Assembly: GCA_963740315.1 (NCBI GenBank)
Contig: CAVUDP010000004.1
Coordinates: 96,001 to 160,000 of the forward strand
Reading direction: 5' to 3'
From: an uncultured cyanobacterium
Lineage (GTDB): Bacteria > Cyanobacteriota > Cyanobacteriia > Cyanobacteriales > Nostocaceae
Length of the DNA: 64,000 bases
The notes below the pieces were generated by a model. That model saw nothing but the letters and a program-made list of their open reading frames with translations. It was not told the origin of the DNA and made no database searches. Below, in pieces: positions 47,691-56,915 of the stretch (position 1 is its first letter; the number at the start of each line of letters is the position of its first letter). A program made the translations under genes and the position numbers.

Positions 47691-49730
47691 ATGTCTCATT
47701 CTAAATTTATTCAATTAAAAGAAAATTATTTTATAGTTTTATTTGTAGGAATAACTTTCTTGTTTCTATTATTTTTTATTCATATTACCCAAGGGCAGGC
47801 GGAATTAAGTTTTAATGCAGTAATTAAGGCAATTTTCTTACCCAATAATAGCAATGCCGATAACATTGTCCGCTATCTACGTTTACCCCGTGCAACTATT
47901 ACTGTAATCGTAGGTGCGGCTTTGGGAATAGCGGGAGCGTTATTACAAACCGTGACTCGTAACCCTTTGGCTTCTCCAGCAACTTTGGGAGTAAATGCGG
48001 GTGCTTATCTAACAGTAACAGCTACGGTGATTTTTGCTCCAAAGTTATTCGCACTCTCACCCGTATTGGTAGCATTTGTAGGTGGGTTGCTAGCGGCTTT
48101 TTTAGTATATGCCATTGCTGCTGCTGGGGAGATAACGCCGATTCGGCTAACTCTTGCGGGTGTAGCGGTTTCTCTCACATTGGCATCTTTAACCGCAGCT
48201 TTGCAGCTATTTTACGAAAATGAAACCCGCGATTTATTTTTCTGGGGTGCTGGTTCTTTAGTACAAACGAATTGGGATAGTACGATTTATGCAGCCCCAA
48301 GGATATTAATTGGAATGATAATTGCAATTATTATGGCAAAGCAGTTAGATGTTTTGTTATTGGGAGATGATTTAGCGGTTGCTCTTGGTGCCAGAGTGCA
48401 GTTGAATCGTCTGTTTTCTACTTTGGTGGCTGTGTTTTTGGCATCTGTAGCGGTGAGTGTGGTAGGTGCGATCGGTTTTGTTGGTTTAGTTGCTCCCCAT
48501 TTGGTGAAATTAATGGGATGTCGAAAACATTTTTTATTACTACCTTTAACTGCTATTTGGGGTGCAGTCATGCTGTTAGCTGCGGATACCGTAGCAATGA
48601 TGATGACAACTAATTTGAGTGAATTACCAGCCGGTAGTATTACTGCTTTGATTGGTGCGCCATTTTTAATTTGGTTGGCTCGTTCCCACCAAATACTAAG
48701 TAAGAGTAATGGAAATCAAAGTAGTTTCAAAATGAAATCAAAAACAGCTTTTTCCTATTCAGCTGTATTATTAACGGCATTTTTTTGTTTGATAATTGCT
48801 TTAGTTTTCGGTTTATTATTTGGCAATATTAACTTTAGTTTGATTCAAATAATCGATACATTTCAAGGTAGTGGAAATACTTTAGCTCAAAGAGTTTTAT
48901 TTCAACTTCGCTTACCGCGTCTTTTAGTTGCTTCTCTAGCAGGATCGGCATTAGCAGTAAGTGGTTTGTTATTACAGGGAGTAGTCAGAAATCCCCTTGC
49001 CGGACCGGAGATTATCGGCATTACTTCCGGTGCTGGCTTTGCCGCTTTATTAGTAATGATTGTTATCCCTAATGCCCCAGTAGAAGCGGTGCCGATAGCA
49101 GCTTTTATCGGTGCATTTGCAGCTTTCGGTATTGTATATTTAGCGGCTTGGCAAGGGGGAATAGTACCGACACGATTGGCTTTAGTAGGTATTGCAGTTT
49201 CGGCGTTTTGCGCTGCGGGTATTAACTTAATGATAGTCAGCGCCAAATTGCGAGTAGCACAAGCCTTAGTTTGGTTATCTGGAAGTACCTACGCTCGTCA
49301 GTGGGATGAAGTCGGACGACTAATTATATTTCCTTTAATTTTGTTACCAGTAGCGTGGGTAATTGCCCGTAAAATTGACCTGATGGCATTAGGGGAAGAC
49401 TTACCCCGTACCTTGGGAATGCGACTGCAAACAGCCCGCGCAGTCTGCGTGACAGTAGCCGTTGCTTTAGCCGGTGCAGCAGTATCAACAGTAGGAACCA
49501 TCAGCTTTGTAGGCTTGATAGCTCCCCATGCAGCAAGATTGACAATCGGCGATCGCCACCGTCAATTAGTACCGCTAACAGCGATTTTAGGCGCAATTTT
49601 AGTCACCTTAGCAGACACATTAGGAAGGGTAATTTTAGCACCAAAAGAAATCCCCTCCGGATTAGTCACCGCACTGATTGGCACACCTTATTTCTTATGG
49701 CTGCTAATACCCAAGAGGGAGAGGGGGTGA
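47691..49730 (+). CDS. fhuB: Fused double FecCD permease
   Basis: Two halves, each with RLPR...RNPLA.P and FVGL(V/I)APH...E(L/I)P.G..TALIG.P. Confidence 0.92.
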   Translation: MSHSKFIQLKENYFIVLFVGITFLFLLFFIHITQGQAELSFNAVIKAIFLPNNSNADNIVRYLRLPRATITVIVGAALGIAGALLQTVTRNPLASPATLGVNAGAYLTVTATVIFAPKLFALSPVLVAFVGGLLAAFLVYAIAAAGEITPIRLTLAGVAVSLTLASLTAALQLFYENETRDLFFWGAGSLVQTNWDSTIYAAPRILIGMIIAIIMAKQLDVLLLGDDLAVALGARVQLNRLFSTLVAVFLASVAVSVVGAIGFVGLVAPHLVKLMGCRKHFLLLPLTAIWGAVMLLAADTVAMMMTTNLSELPAGSITALIGAPFLIWLARSHQILSKSNGNQSSFKMKSKTAFSYSAVLLTAFFCLIIALVFGLLFGNINFSLIQIIDTFQGSGNTLAQRVLFQLRLPRLLVASLAGSALAVSGLLLQGVVRNPLAGPEIIGITSGAGFAALLVMIVIPNAPVEAVPIAAFIGAFAAFGIVYLAAWQGGIVPTRLALVGIAVSAFCAAGINLMIVSAKLRVAQALVWLSGSTYARQWDEVGRLIIFPLILLPVAWVIARKIDLMALGEDLPRTLGMRLQTARAVCVTVAVALAGAAVSTVGTISFVGLIAPHAARLTIGDRHRQLVPLTAILGAILVTLADTLGRVILAPKEIPSGLVTALIGTPYFLWLLIPKRERG

Positions 49731-49897
49731 TGGGGAGATGGGGGGATGGGGGATGGGGAGATGGGGGGATGGGGAGACAAGGAGACAAGAAGACAAGAAG
49801 ACAAGGAGACAAGAAGACAAGGAGACAAGGAGACAAGGAGACAAGGAGACAAGAAGACAAGGAGACAAGAAGACAAGGAGACAAGAAGACAAGGAGA
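49717..49897 (+). repeat. STRR tracts (GGGGAGAT/GGGGGGAT)n followed by (GACAAGGA/GACAAGAA)n
   Basis: Tandem octamers starting at the fhuB stop codon. Confidence 0.95.
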
Positions 49898-49899
49898 AA

Positions 49900-49961
49900 G
49901 TAGTGCGAGCATCTTGCTCGCTAATACGACGGACGACCAGCGAGCAAGATGCTCGCACTAC
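49900..49961. repeat. GTAG REP doublet hairpin GTAGTGCGAGCATCTTGCTCGCT...AGCGAGCAAGATGCTCGCACTAC
   Basis: Perfect 23-bp inverted repeat; relatives at 57834-57860 and 4394-4449. Confidence 0.9.
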
Positions 49962-49988
49962 CATTACCTATTCATTACCTATTACAAT

Positions 49989-50157
49989 TCCTCACTCCTA
50001 ACTCCTAACTGGTAACTGGTAACTGGTAACTCCTAACTGGTAACTCCTAACTCCTAACTGGTAACTCCTAACTGGTAACTCCTCACTCCTAACTCTTCAC
50101 TCCTCACTCCTAACTTTTAACTCCTAACTTTTAACTCCTAACTCCTCACTCCTAACT
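49989..50157 (-). repeat. STRR heptamer tract (TAACTCC/TAACTGG/TCACTCC)n
   Basis: About 24 tandem 7-mers at the 3' end of the CHAT gene. Confidence 0.95.
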
Positions 50158-50158
50158 G

Positions 50159-52735
50159 TCAAATCCAATTCCCAACTAAAATAAAAGGTGCCCAGTAAAA
50201 GGGATGGGTGAAATTTTTGTGTTTTAAAAAGGTTAGTTGAGTTTGACGTAAGGCTTCGGCTTTACTTATTCCCGGTTTGCTCAGTTGTTTGTAAAATTCA
50301 GCCATAAATTGGGCTGTGGATTCGTCTTTTACTGCCCACAATGTAGCTAAAGTGCTGCGTGCGCCGGAACGAACTGCTACACCTGCTAATCCTAAGATGG
50401 CTCGTTTGTCACCTTTTGCTGTCTGACAGGCGCTGAGTACGATTAATTCTACTGGTTCGGATTCAGACACGTCTCGAAAGCGGAGAAATTCGCTTAATTG
50501 TTTGACGTTCATTTTTCCATCCCAGGTAAGTATAAAAGTTTCTTCGGAGTTGCTGCTAAATTGTCCGTGAGTGGCTAAATGTAAGATTGAAAATGGTGTT
50601 GTTTTTATGCTTTTTGCTAAGTTTTTGTCGGTAAAGTTTTCGTTGAAAAGTAATTTTGACTTTACTTGGTTCGATATTTGTTTTACTTCTAATTTTACAC
50701 CGGGTAGGGCTTTGAATCCTTGACGGGCTTCGCTTAATCCTGCTGTAATTGCGTGGAGGTTTTCGCTTTTTAATTTTCGCGCTTGCATTAGCTGCAATCC
50801 CGGTGATAGGGCAACGCTATATTTTTCTATAAGGTATTGTTTGCCATCGTGTAAAGCAGCCATCGGGATGTTTCGCATGGAACCATCTAATACGAATGCT
50901 AAGGTTTTAATATTGTTTGCTGCTAAGTCTATTTCTATTGGTTTAATTAACCATTCGTATGCTTGCTGATATACTTTTAATCTTTCTTGCCCTGAGTAAG
51001 CGGGGTTTAAAGAAAATCGTAATTTCTTGATTGTCTCTTCTATTTTTGATGCGGGTAAATAAGTGTTGTAGTTAGTTAGGGGTTTACCGGGAATTGATGC
51101 AATTACCTCTATTCGGTTATCTAAAATAATCGGGTAAATTACTGCTGCACTCTTGTCGATTCGATCGATTTGTTCTGGTTTTGCATCCAGACAAGCTTCG
51201 CGGAAGAAGTTATCTAATTCGGCTAGTTGCAGTGCTTCGAGGGTTTTGCGGGCAAGTTTTAGATTTTTTTGAGAGATAACGGAATCGGGCTGTAATAATA
51301 AGTCTACGAATTCGCGGTAAACTGGTTCTACACTTTCTTGAAAGTCGAATTGTACGTCTCGGTTGATTGCTACTAAGTCAGTACGCAAAGTGTTGAGAAT
51401 TTTAATTGAGGAATCGTAAGCGGCGATCGCTTCAGTAATTTTTCCTTGAATTTTAAGAATCCGCCCTACTTCCCAAGCTGCTTGATAAGTTATGTCGGAA
51501 GCGTTTATATTTTCGGCTATTCGTAAAGCTTGTCGGGAAAGGTTTAAGGCTTCGCTTAATTGATTTGTTTGTTGGTATAAGCAGCCTAATTGAGTTAAAG
51601 CATATGCTTGAGCGCGTAAATCTTGAAGATTTTCTGCTTGTTTTACCGCACGGGCTAGAATTCTCGCTGCTTGTTGATTTAGTGAAGGTTTAGCGCCCGG
51701 TGCCTGGATTAAAATAGTAAGACTTTTACCAAAGTTGACGCTAGCATAAATCGAGCTACGACTGGGAGAAAGTTTATCTAACTGAGATTGAATTTGTGGT
51801 AATAAATTAAAGGCTTGCTGCCATTGCGACTGCTCGATATATAAACTAAGCTGGTTGAGTCGGGCTTCAACTCTTACTGATGGATTACTTGTTTGTGCTG
51901 CTGCTTGCTGATAGTAATTAAAAGCTGCTTGTGTTTGCTTTAAATCTCTAGCGGTGTTTCCCAAACTAAATAAAATATCGCTGGTATCGAGAGAAAGGCG
52001 TTGAGAAATGGCTAAACTTTGCTTTAACACTTCTTCTGATTTATGTAAATCTCCCACCAGTTGTAAAGCTACTCCCAAACTTTGCAAACCTTGAATCTTT
52101 AATTGAGAATCTGGTTTTGTAAGTAAGTATTGATTTATTGACTCTAACAAATTAAGCGATCGCCGATAAAATCCCATTGCTTGTAATGCTTGGGCTTGGT
52201 TAATTTGAGTACCTATTTTTCCCGGTTTATCATTAAGTTTAGTATAGATATTTTCTGCCGATTTCCAAGCTTCTAGGGCATCGTTTGCTTGCCCCATTTT
52301 AATTTTCAAGCTTCCTTGAGTGTTGAAAGCAACTGCTAAAACTTCAGTATTACCTTTTTGGTTTTTTAGGATTTGCAAACTATTATCGATCGCAGTTTGG
52401 GCTTTTTCTAATTCTCCCAAGTTTTGCAAAGCTAAGGAAACAAGACTTAGACTCCAACCTTGATTAATTTTATCTCCCTGGCGTTCAAAACCAGCAGCAG
52501 CATCTTGCCAAACTTCAGCGGCTTTAGCAAATTGCGCTGCTTCAAACAGGATTTTACCTTGTTCAAATTGCATTTGAGCATTGCTAGCTGCGTTTTTGGC
52601 AATTAAAGAAGTTTGAAATATCGATTTAATGTTCTCCTGCGCCGATACAGGAGAAAATATTGTAATTGATAATGCCGTGGTGATTCCCAGTGCGATTAAA
52701 ATAACTGATTTTAAAAGCTTTTTTTTTATATTCAT
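50159..52735 (-). CDS. Signal-peptide TPR-CHAT domain protease (paralogue of 18778-21366)
   Basis: Signal peptide (VSA|QE), TPRs, LQLAELDNFF, LHLATHG, IVLSACQTA, WAPFILVGNWI. Confidence 0.92.
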   Translation of the reverse strand: MNIKKKLLKSVILIALGITTALSITIFSPVSAQENIKSIFQTSLIAKNAASNAQMQFEQGKILFEAAQFAKAAEVWQDAAAGFERQGDKINQGWSLSLVSLALQNLGELEKAQTAIDNSLQILKNQKGNTEVLAVAFNTQGSLKIKMGQANDALEAWKSAENIYTKLNDKPGKIGTQINQAQALQAMGFYRRSLNLLESINQYLLTKPDSQLKIQGLQSLGVALQLVGDLHKSEEVLKQSLAISQRLSLDTSDILFSLGNTARDLKQTQAAFNYYQQAAAQTSNPSVRVEARLNQLSLYIEQSQWQQAFNLLPQIQSQLDKLSPSRSSIYASVNFGKSLTILIQAPGAKPSLNQQAARILARAVKQAENLQDLRAQAYALTQLGCLYQQTNQLSEALNLSRQALRIAENINASDITYQAAWEVGRILKIQGKITEAIAAYDSSIKILNTLRTDLVAINRDVQFDFQESVEPVYREFVDLLLQPDSVISQKNLKLARKTLEALQLAELDNFFREACLDAKPEQIDRIDKSAAVIYPIILDNRIEVIASIPGKPLTNYNTYLPASKIEETIKKLRFSLNPAYSGQERLKVYQQAYEWLIKPIEIDLAANNIKTLAFVLDGSMRNIPMAALHDGKQYLIEKYSVALSPGLQLMQARKLKSENLHAITAGLSEARQGFKALPGVKLEVKQISNQVKSKLLFNENFTDKNLAKSIKTTPFSILHLATHGQFSSNSEETFILTWDGKMNVKQLSEFLRFRDVSESEPVELIVLSACQTAKGDKRAILGLAGVAVRSGARSTLATLWAVKDESTAQFMAEFYKQLSKPGISKAEALRQTQLTFLKHKNFTHPFYWAPFILVGNWI

Positions 52736-53182
52736 TCCTTTCTATATATATATATTTATGACTATCGGCAAGGCTGAAAATCTTTTATATAAATAGCTTG
52801 CGTCACTAGCATAACCTCACCTTAGCGATTATTCATTTAGTAAAGTTGATGAAACTATTGAAAACAAACGATAAGCAATATAAAATCAGTAATTCTTCTT
52901 AATTTTGCGGTTTTTTAATTTAATTGTTGCGCGATCGTACTTGATAATTAAAAATCACAGCAAGATTTTGATATAACAGCGCAAGAATCGGGCTTTAGTT
53001 TCAACGGTAATTTTCTTAAATTGGATTTAACAAACGAAACAACCCAGAAACAACCAAGATAACACCGTTAAACAAGCGGTTTTGGAGGTTGCAAATTGTT
53101 TACAATCAACACGATAGATTTTCTTGAGTTCTACATACATCTCTTCTCAAGAATATAGACATATAAGGAATCAACTTTAATC

Positions 53183-54064
53183 ATGACTAATCGTCGCCGA
53201 ATTTTAACTGGCTTAGGAGCCGCAGGTATCGCAGCAGGGTCAATTTATACAAAAAGCGTTGCAAATGCCGATGATAAACCCGTTACGCCACAATCTAACA
53301 AAGTAAATCCACAAGCTCGGTTTGCGAACAAAGTAGTTTTAATTACCGGAGCAACCTCCGGCATAGGTAAAGTAACAGCCGCTTCCTTTGCCCAACAGGG
53401 CGCGAAAGTCTTTTTCTGCGGTCGTCGTGAGAATTTGGGAAAGCAGGTAGAGCAACAAATCCGCGCCTCTGGTGGAGAAGCAACCTATATGCGTGCAGAC
53501 GTTCGCAAAGCCGCAGAAGTAAAAGCTTTTGTCGATGGTTGCGTTGCTAAATATGGTCGTTTGGATATTGCTTTTAACAATGCTGGAGTTGATTATCCAC
53601 CGCAAGCGATCGCCGACACAAAAATTGAAGAATTCGACGATTTGATCAATACCAACGCTCGCGGTGTTTTTCTGGGAATGAAATACGAAATTCCCTATAT
53701 GCTCAAAGCCGGAAGCGGTGCAATAATCAACATGGCAAGCATCGGCGGTAAGCGTGCTTTTCCTAACATCGTTGGTTATGGAGCCAGTAAAGCCGCAGTG
53801 ATTCACATGACTAAAATGGCGGCTCAAGAATATGGTAAAAATATTCGTATTAATGCCGTACTGCCTGGGGCTATTGATACTCCCATGCTCGATCGCGTCA
53901 AGCAACAATGGGAAGTTACTGAGGAAGAACTTGTTTCATCCTATCCTATGAAACGTGCCGGACAACCTGAAGAAGTTGCAAATTTGGTGATGTGGTTGGC
54001 TTCTAATCATGCTTCTTATGTTTCTGGGGGTGAGTTTAGCGTTGATGGGGGTGGGCTTGGTTGA
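53183..54064 (+). CDS. Short-chain dehydrogenase/reductase with a twin-arginine-like signal
   Basis: MTNRRRILTGLGAAG..ANA; ITGATSGIG, NNAG, YGASK, VSGGEFSVDGG. Confidence 0.9.
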   Translation: MTNRRRILTGLGAAGIAAGSIYTKSVANADDKPVTPQSNKVNPQARFANKVVLITGATSGIGKVTAASFAQQGAKVFFCGRRENLGKQVEQQIRASGGEATYMRADVRKAAEVKAFVDGCVAKYGRLDIAFNNAGVDYPPQAIADTKIEEFDDLINTNARGVFLGMKYEIPYMLKAGSGAIINMASIGGKRAFPNIVGYGASKAAVIHMTKMAAQEYGKNIRINAVLPGAIDTPMLDRVKQQWEVTEEELVSSYPMKRAGQPEEVANLVMWLASNHASYVSGGEFSVDGGGLG

Positions 54065-54103
54065 TATTAGGTAAAGTTAGATTTTCAGCTTGCAGTTTTA
54101 CAA

Positions 54104-54358
54104 CTAATTTAGGAGTTTGTCATACTCTGCATGAGAACCAATCCAGAACCATAAGATACCATTTTCACTTTCAACTCCCAAAGCTCGATAATCTAACCCA
54201 GCTCGAACTGACCAGTACTTCTTCCCAATCTTTTTAAAATGTAACGATGGGTGAGACGGATCTTGTTTAAGTAATTCATAGCACTCATCAGCATTCTTTT
54301 GTACGCTTTCAGGTAAAGCGTCATAACATTTCCAAAAACGACGTATAGTGTAGTGCAT
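54104..54358 (-). CDS. RelE/ParE-like type II toxin
   Basis: RFWKCYDALP, DPSHPSLHFKKI, WSVRAGLDYRALG, WFWIGSHAEYDKL. Confidence 0.8.
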   Translation of the reverse strand: MHYTIRRFWKCYDALPESVQKNADECYELLKQDPSHPSLHFKKIGKKYWSVRAGLDYRALGVESENGILWFWIGSHAEYDKLLN

Positions 54359-54558
54359 TACATTTGTCGATAGTGCCCAGCTTCAAAATCAGCAATGGCT
54401 TCCTCTGCTAAAGCTTCCAACTTTCCTTGTGCAACATCTTTTTCTAACCGATCATCCCAACGTTGATAATCCAAATCAAAAAACCACTGCCTAAAACGCT
54501 GAAATTCATCTGACGAAAGTGTAAGTATTGCTGCTTCAATTTGCTCAAGATTTGACAT
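54358..54558 (-). CDS. Cognate antitoxin of the ParE-like toxin
   Basis: Acidic 66 aa protein (WDDRLEKDVAQGKLEALAEEA); translationally coupled to the toxin by TAATG. Confidence 0.75.
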   Translation of the reverse strand: MSNLEQIEAAILTLSSDEFQRFRQWFFDLDYQRWDDRLEKDVAQGKLEALAEEAIADFEAGHYRQM

Positions 54559-54627
54559 ATTAATTTACCTCTTCAGCTTAAACAAAATTATAGCGAAGGC
54601 AAAGCGCGGGTGAACGATCGCAGCAAC

Positions 54628-54847
54628 AACTTGGTTTCTAGATTTAATTTCTGAATTTTACCTGCGCTCCGGTTCTGCCATTGCCTCGACTGCAAGTTTA
54701 GCCAATAGTTCGGGGGAACGAGCAAATGACTCATCCCATTTACGTTCATCTTCGAGTTCTTCTAAAATCATTTTTGCGATCGCATTTTGTTCATAGAGTG
54801 GAAAGAGATTTTAACTTGGCGATCGCCTGTTGGAGTAATTCGGTCAT
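54628..54847 (-). pseudogene. Frameshifted antitoxin of a similar family, with no toxin partner
   Basis: Three frames stitch to MTELLQQAIAKLKSL / PLYEQNAIAKMILEELEDERKWDESFARSPELLAKLAVEAMAE / AGKIQKLNLET, i.e. two frameshifts. Confidence 0.75.
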
Positions 54848-54915
54848 TATCAGTCTGCTGCTACTTGCATGACTCCATGTAAATTATCGCCGATCAAACT
54901 TGGGAGCGTCATTCA

Positions 54916-55122
54916 TTAGGCTTGATTCCGCTCGGATTCCAGAAGTTGAGCCAGTTTATGAGCAGCTTCGTGATTGAGGGGTGAGGAAATTAGATAAGTT
55001 GCTCCCGGTTGTAAACTTGGTTCCGAATCAGAAGCCAGTTCTGCAATTAAAAACTGCATGACCTTTAATTTATCTACACGAGGTAATTTTTTCAAAGTTG
55101 GGAATAGCTCTGTTAGGGTCAT
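54916..55122 (-). CDS. Small antitoxin-like protein
   Basis: MTLTELFPTLKKLPRVDKLKVMQFLIAELA; its stop overlaps (TAATG) a 10-codon stub MNDAPKFDRR. Confidence 0.7.
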   Translation of the reverse strand: MTLTELFPTLKKLPRVDKLKVMQFLIAELASDSEPSLQPGATYLISSPLNHEAAHKLAQLLESERNQA

Positions 55123-55467
55123 AAATTTGAAATTAATTCTGCTTTACTTATATTCCCATAAATTTCTGAAATCAAGATATGGGAAAAAGACTTATTGTGA
55201 AGCTTTACAAACTCCTGTGGTGTAACACGTCTGTAAGTAGCTGTGATGCTCATATTATTCTCAAAAAACTAAATACAAGTAGTCTACATTGACTTTTTGC
55301 ATAATTATCAACACCGCTTGAGGTTGCAAACCCCAAGCTAATAGCGAAAGTCCTATAAATAGGACTATATATCATTTTTATCCCATCAAAACTATATCTT
55401 TTAGCAAATTCATAAACTTTGTTAACGTTGAATTTATAAGAATAATTTGTTATCAATTAACCTCTTC

Positions 55468-55974
55468 TCAATCTTCCAACATTAAATACATCAATTCAGC
55501 TTTATCTCTCACATATTGACTAGAATGATTTCTTGCTTTATCTAATATCTCAACAACATCTTCATCATCACAAAGATGAGAAAAAAGTAGTTGATCTATT
55601 ATTCCAATTCCCCAATTTTGAATACCGGGATTTTCATGTTCCAAAAATTCGGGAACCCATTTCAATACACGTTTATCTGCAACAACACGAAGTAATTCAA
55701 TAGCATCGATTTTTTCATCTAAATTGTTAGATTCTTTGAAAATTCTATAGCATTCTTCCATTGCGCTATAAGGATGTAATTGCCAAAGCACACTTCTAAG
55801 TAATTCCCTTTCTGGTTTATGTGCTACGTAATATCTAACAGCTTCTTTTAAATTGTCTTTTCCAAGAAGAATTTCTATTGCTTCGCGAGCCATTTGACTA
55901 GAACTAAATTCGTAACCATCTTCACCTATAGCTCCTACTTCTTTAGCAATATTTACCCAATTATCTAAATCCAT
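55468..55974 (-). CDS. Acidic HEAT-repeat-like hypothetical protein
   Basis: 168 aa from MDLDNW; helical repeats such as VPEFLEHENPGIQNWGIGII. The ORF-track N-terminal extension crosses a repeat. Confidence 0.65.
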   Translation of the reverse strand: MDLDNWVNIAKEVGAIGEDGYEFSSSQMAREAIEILLGKDNLKEAVRYYVAHKPERELLRSVLWQLHPYSAMEECYRIFKESNNLDEKIDAIELLRVVADKRVLKWVPEFLEHENPGIQNWGIGIIDQLLFSHLCDDEDVVEILDKARNHSSQYVRDKAELMYLMLED

Positions 55975-56205
55975 TTTGCAATCTTGAATTTTATAGCTAT
56001 TACTTTTAAATATTTCCCAATCACAGCAATAATTTAAAGGTAAAAAAGCTGAAATGACTGGGATGAGCCGCACCCTCCGGGTGAATGCAACCGAATACCT
56101 CGTCGGAATGAAAAACACAACTATATTTATTCATGCCGACTTACTTACCTATTACCAATTACCAATTACCATTCACGCGGAGCGTGCGGGCGTATCCCAA
56201 TTCCC

Positions 56206-56646
56206 TTATTTTCCACAATGTTTCATCAGCAGATTTTTCGCTAATTCAAAACTATTAGATTGAGTTTGTACAGCATAAGCTTCTCTTTCCAAATCTTGTC
56301 TATGAGTATCTTTATATCGTAGAAAAAGCCGTCGAGCATTGGCAATTGGTTGAATTTTCAAACCCAAAGCTCTGATTTTTCCTTTACCCGCACAAACTTG
56401 GGCTGCGTGAACGGATTCATGAATTAAAGTTGGAGTTGCAATGTTTAATTCAAAAACTACTGGATTAATCCATATTTTTTTATTACTTTCCTTTAACAAA
56501 CCATAAGCTCCCCGCTTGGGTGGTAATTCAATCGCTACCTGAAAACCATATTTTTCTAATTGACTTTTTAAATCTAAAAATTGTTGTGATGGAGCCGGTG
56601 TTTGAGCAATTAATAATGAAGAATAAAGAACCGCAATTTCTAACAT
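56206..56646 (-). CDS. Small exported HEXXH zinc-metallopeptidase-like protein
   Basis: Short signal (LLIAQ), TLIHESVHAAQ and downstream LEREAY. Confidence 0.7.
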   Translation of the reverse strand: MLEIAVLYSSLLIAQTPAPSQQFLDLKSQLEKYGFQVAIELPPKRGAYGLLKESNKKIWINPVVFELNIATPTLIHESVHAAQVCAGKGKIRALGLKIQPIANARRLFLRYKDTHRQDLEREAYAVQTQSNSFELAKNLLMKHCGK

Positions 56647-56721
56647 TGTATAAGGTTTAATTTTTACTCAGTATATTAACACTAATAAATCAAAATATGA
56701 ATTGGCAATTTCACATTATAT

Positions 56722-56748
56722 GAGACGTAGCACTGCTACGTCTCTACA
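56722..56748. repeat. REP-like hairpin GAGACGTAGCA..TGCTACGTCTCTAC
   Basis: Palindrome; degenerate copies at about 4459-4484 and 58652-58681. Confidence 0.7.
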
Positions 56749-56915
56749 CAAATTTTGCACTTGCTGTTCGCTTATAAGTAAAGGCTAACCGCTTTAAAAA
56801 AAGCAATTAGCCGTGGCACCAGGAAACTTTAAAATTTTAATATAATAGATATAGCTCAAACTCTTGTGGAGTAAGCGTTATATCCGCTCAAATAATACTG
56901 TCTAATACGTGCAAT

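Noticed and set aside
49666..50015. Six short ORFs (SPCLLV.., RRQGDK..) over the STRR tract
   Set aside because: Translations of octamer repeats that lack stop codons.
53339..53908. 189-aa minus-strand ORF
   Set aside because: Antisense shadow of the SDR gene, a common artefact for this family.
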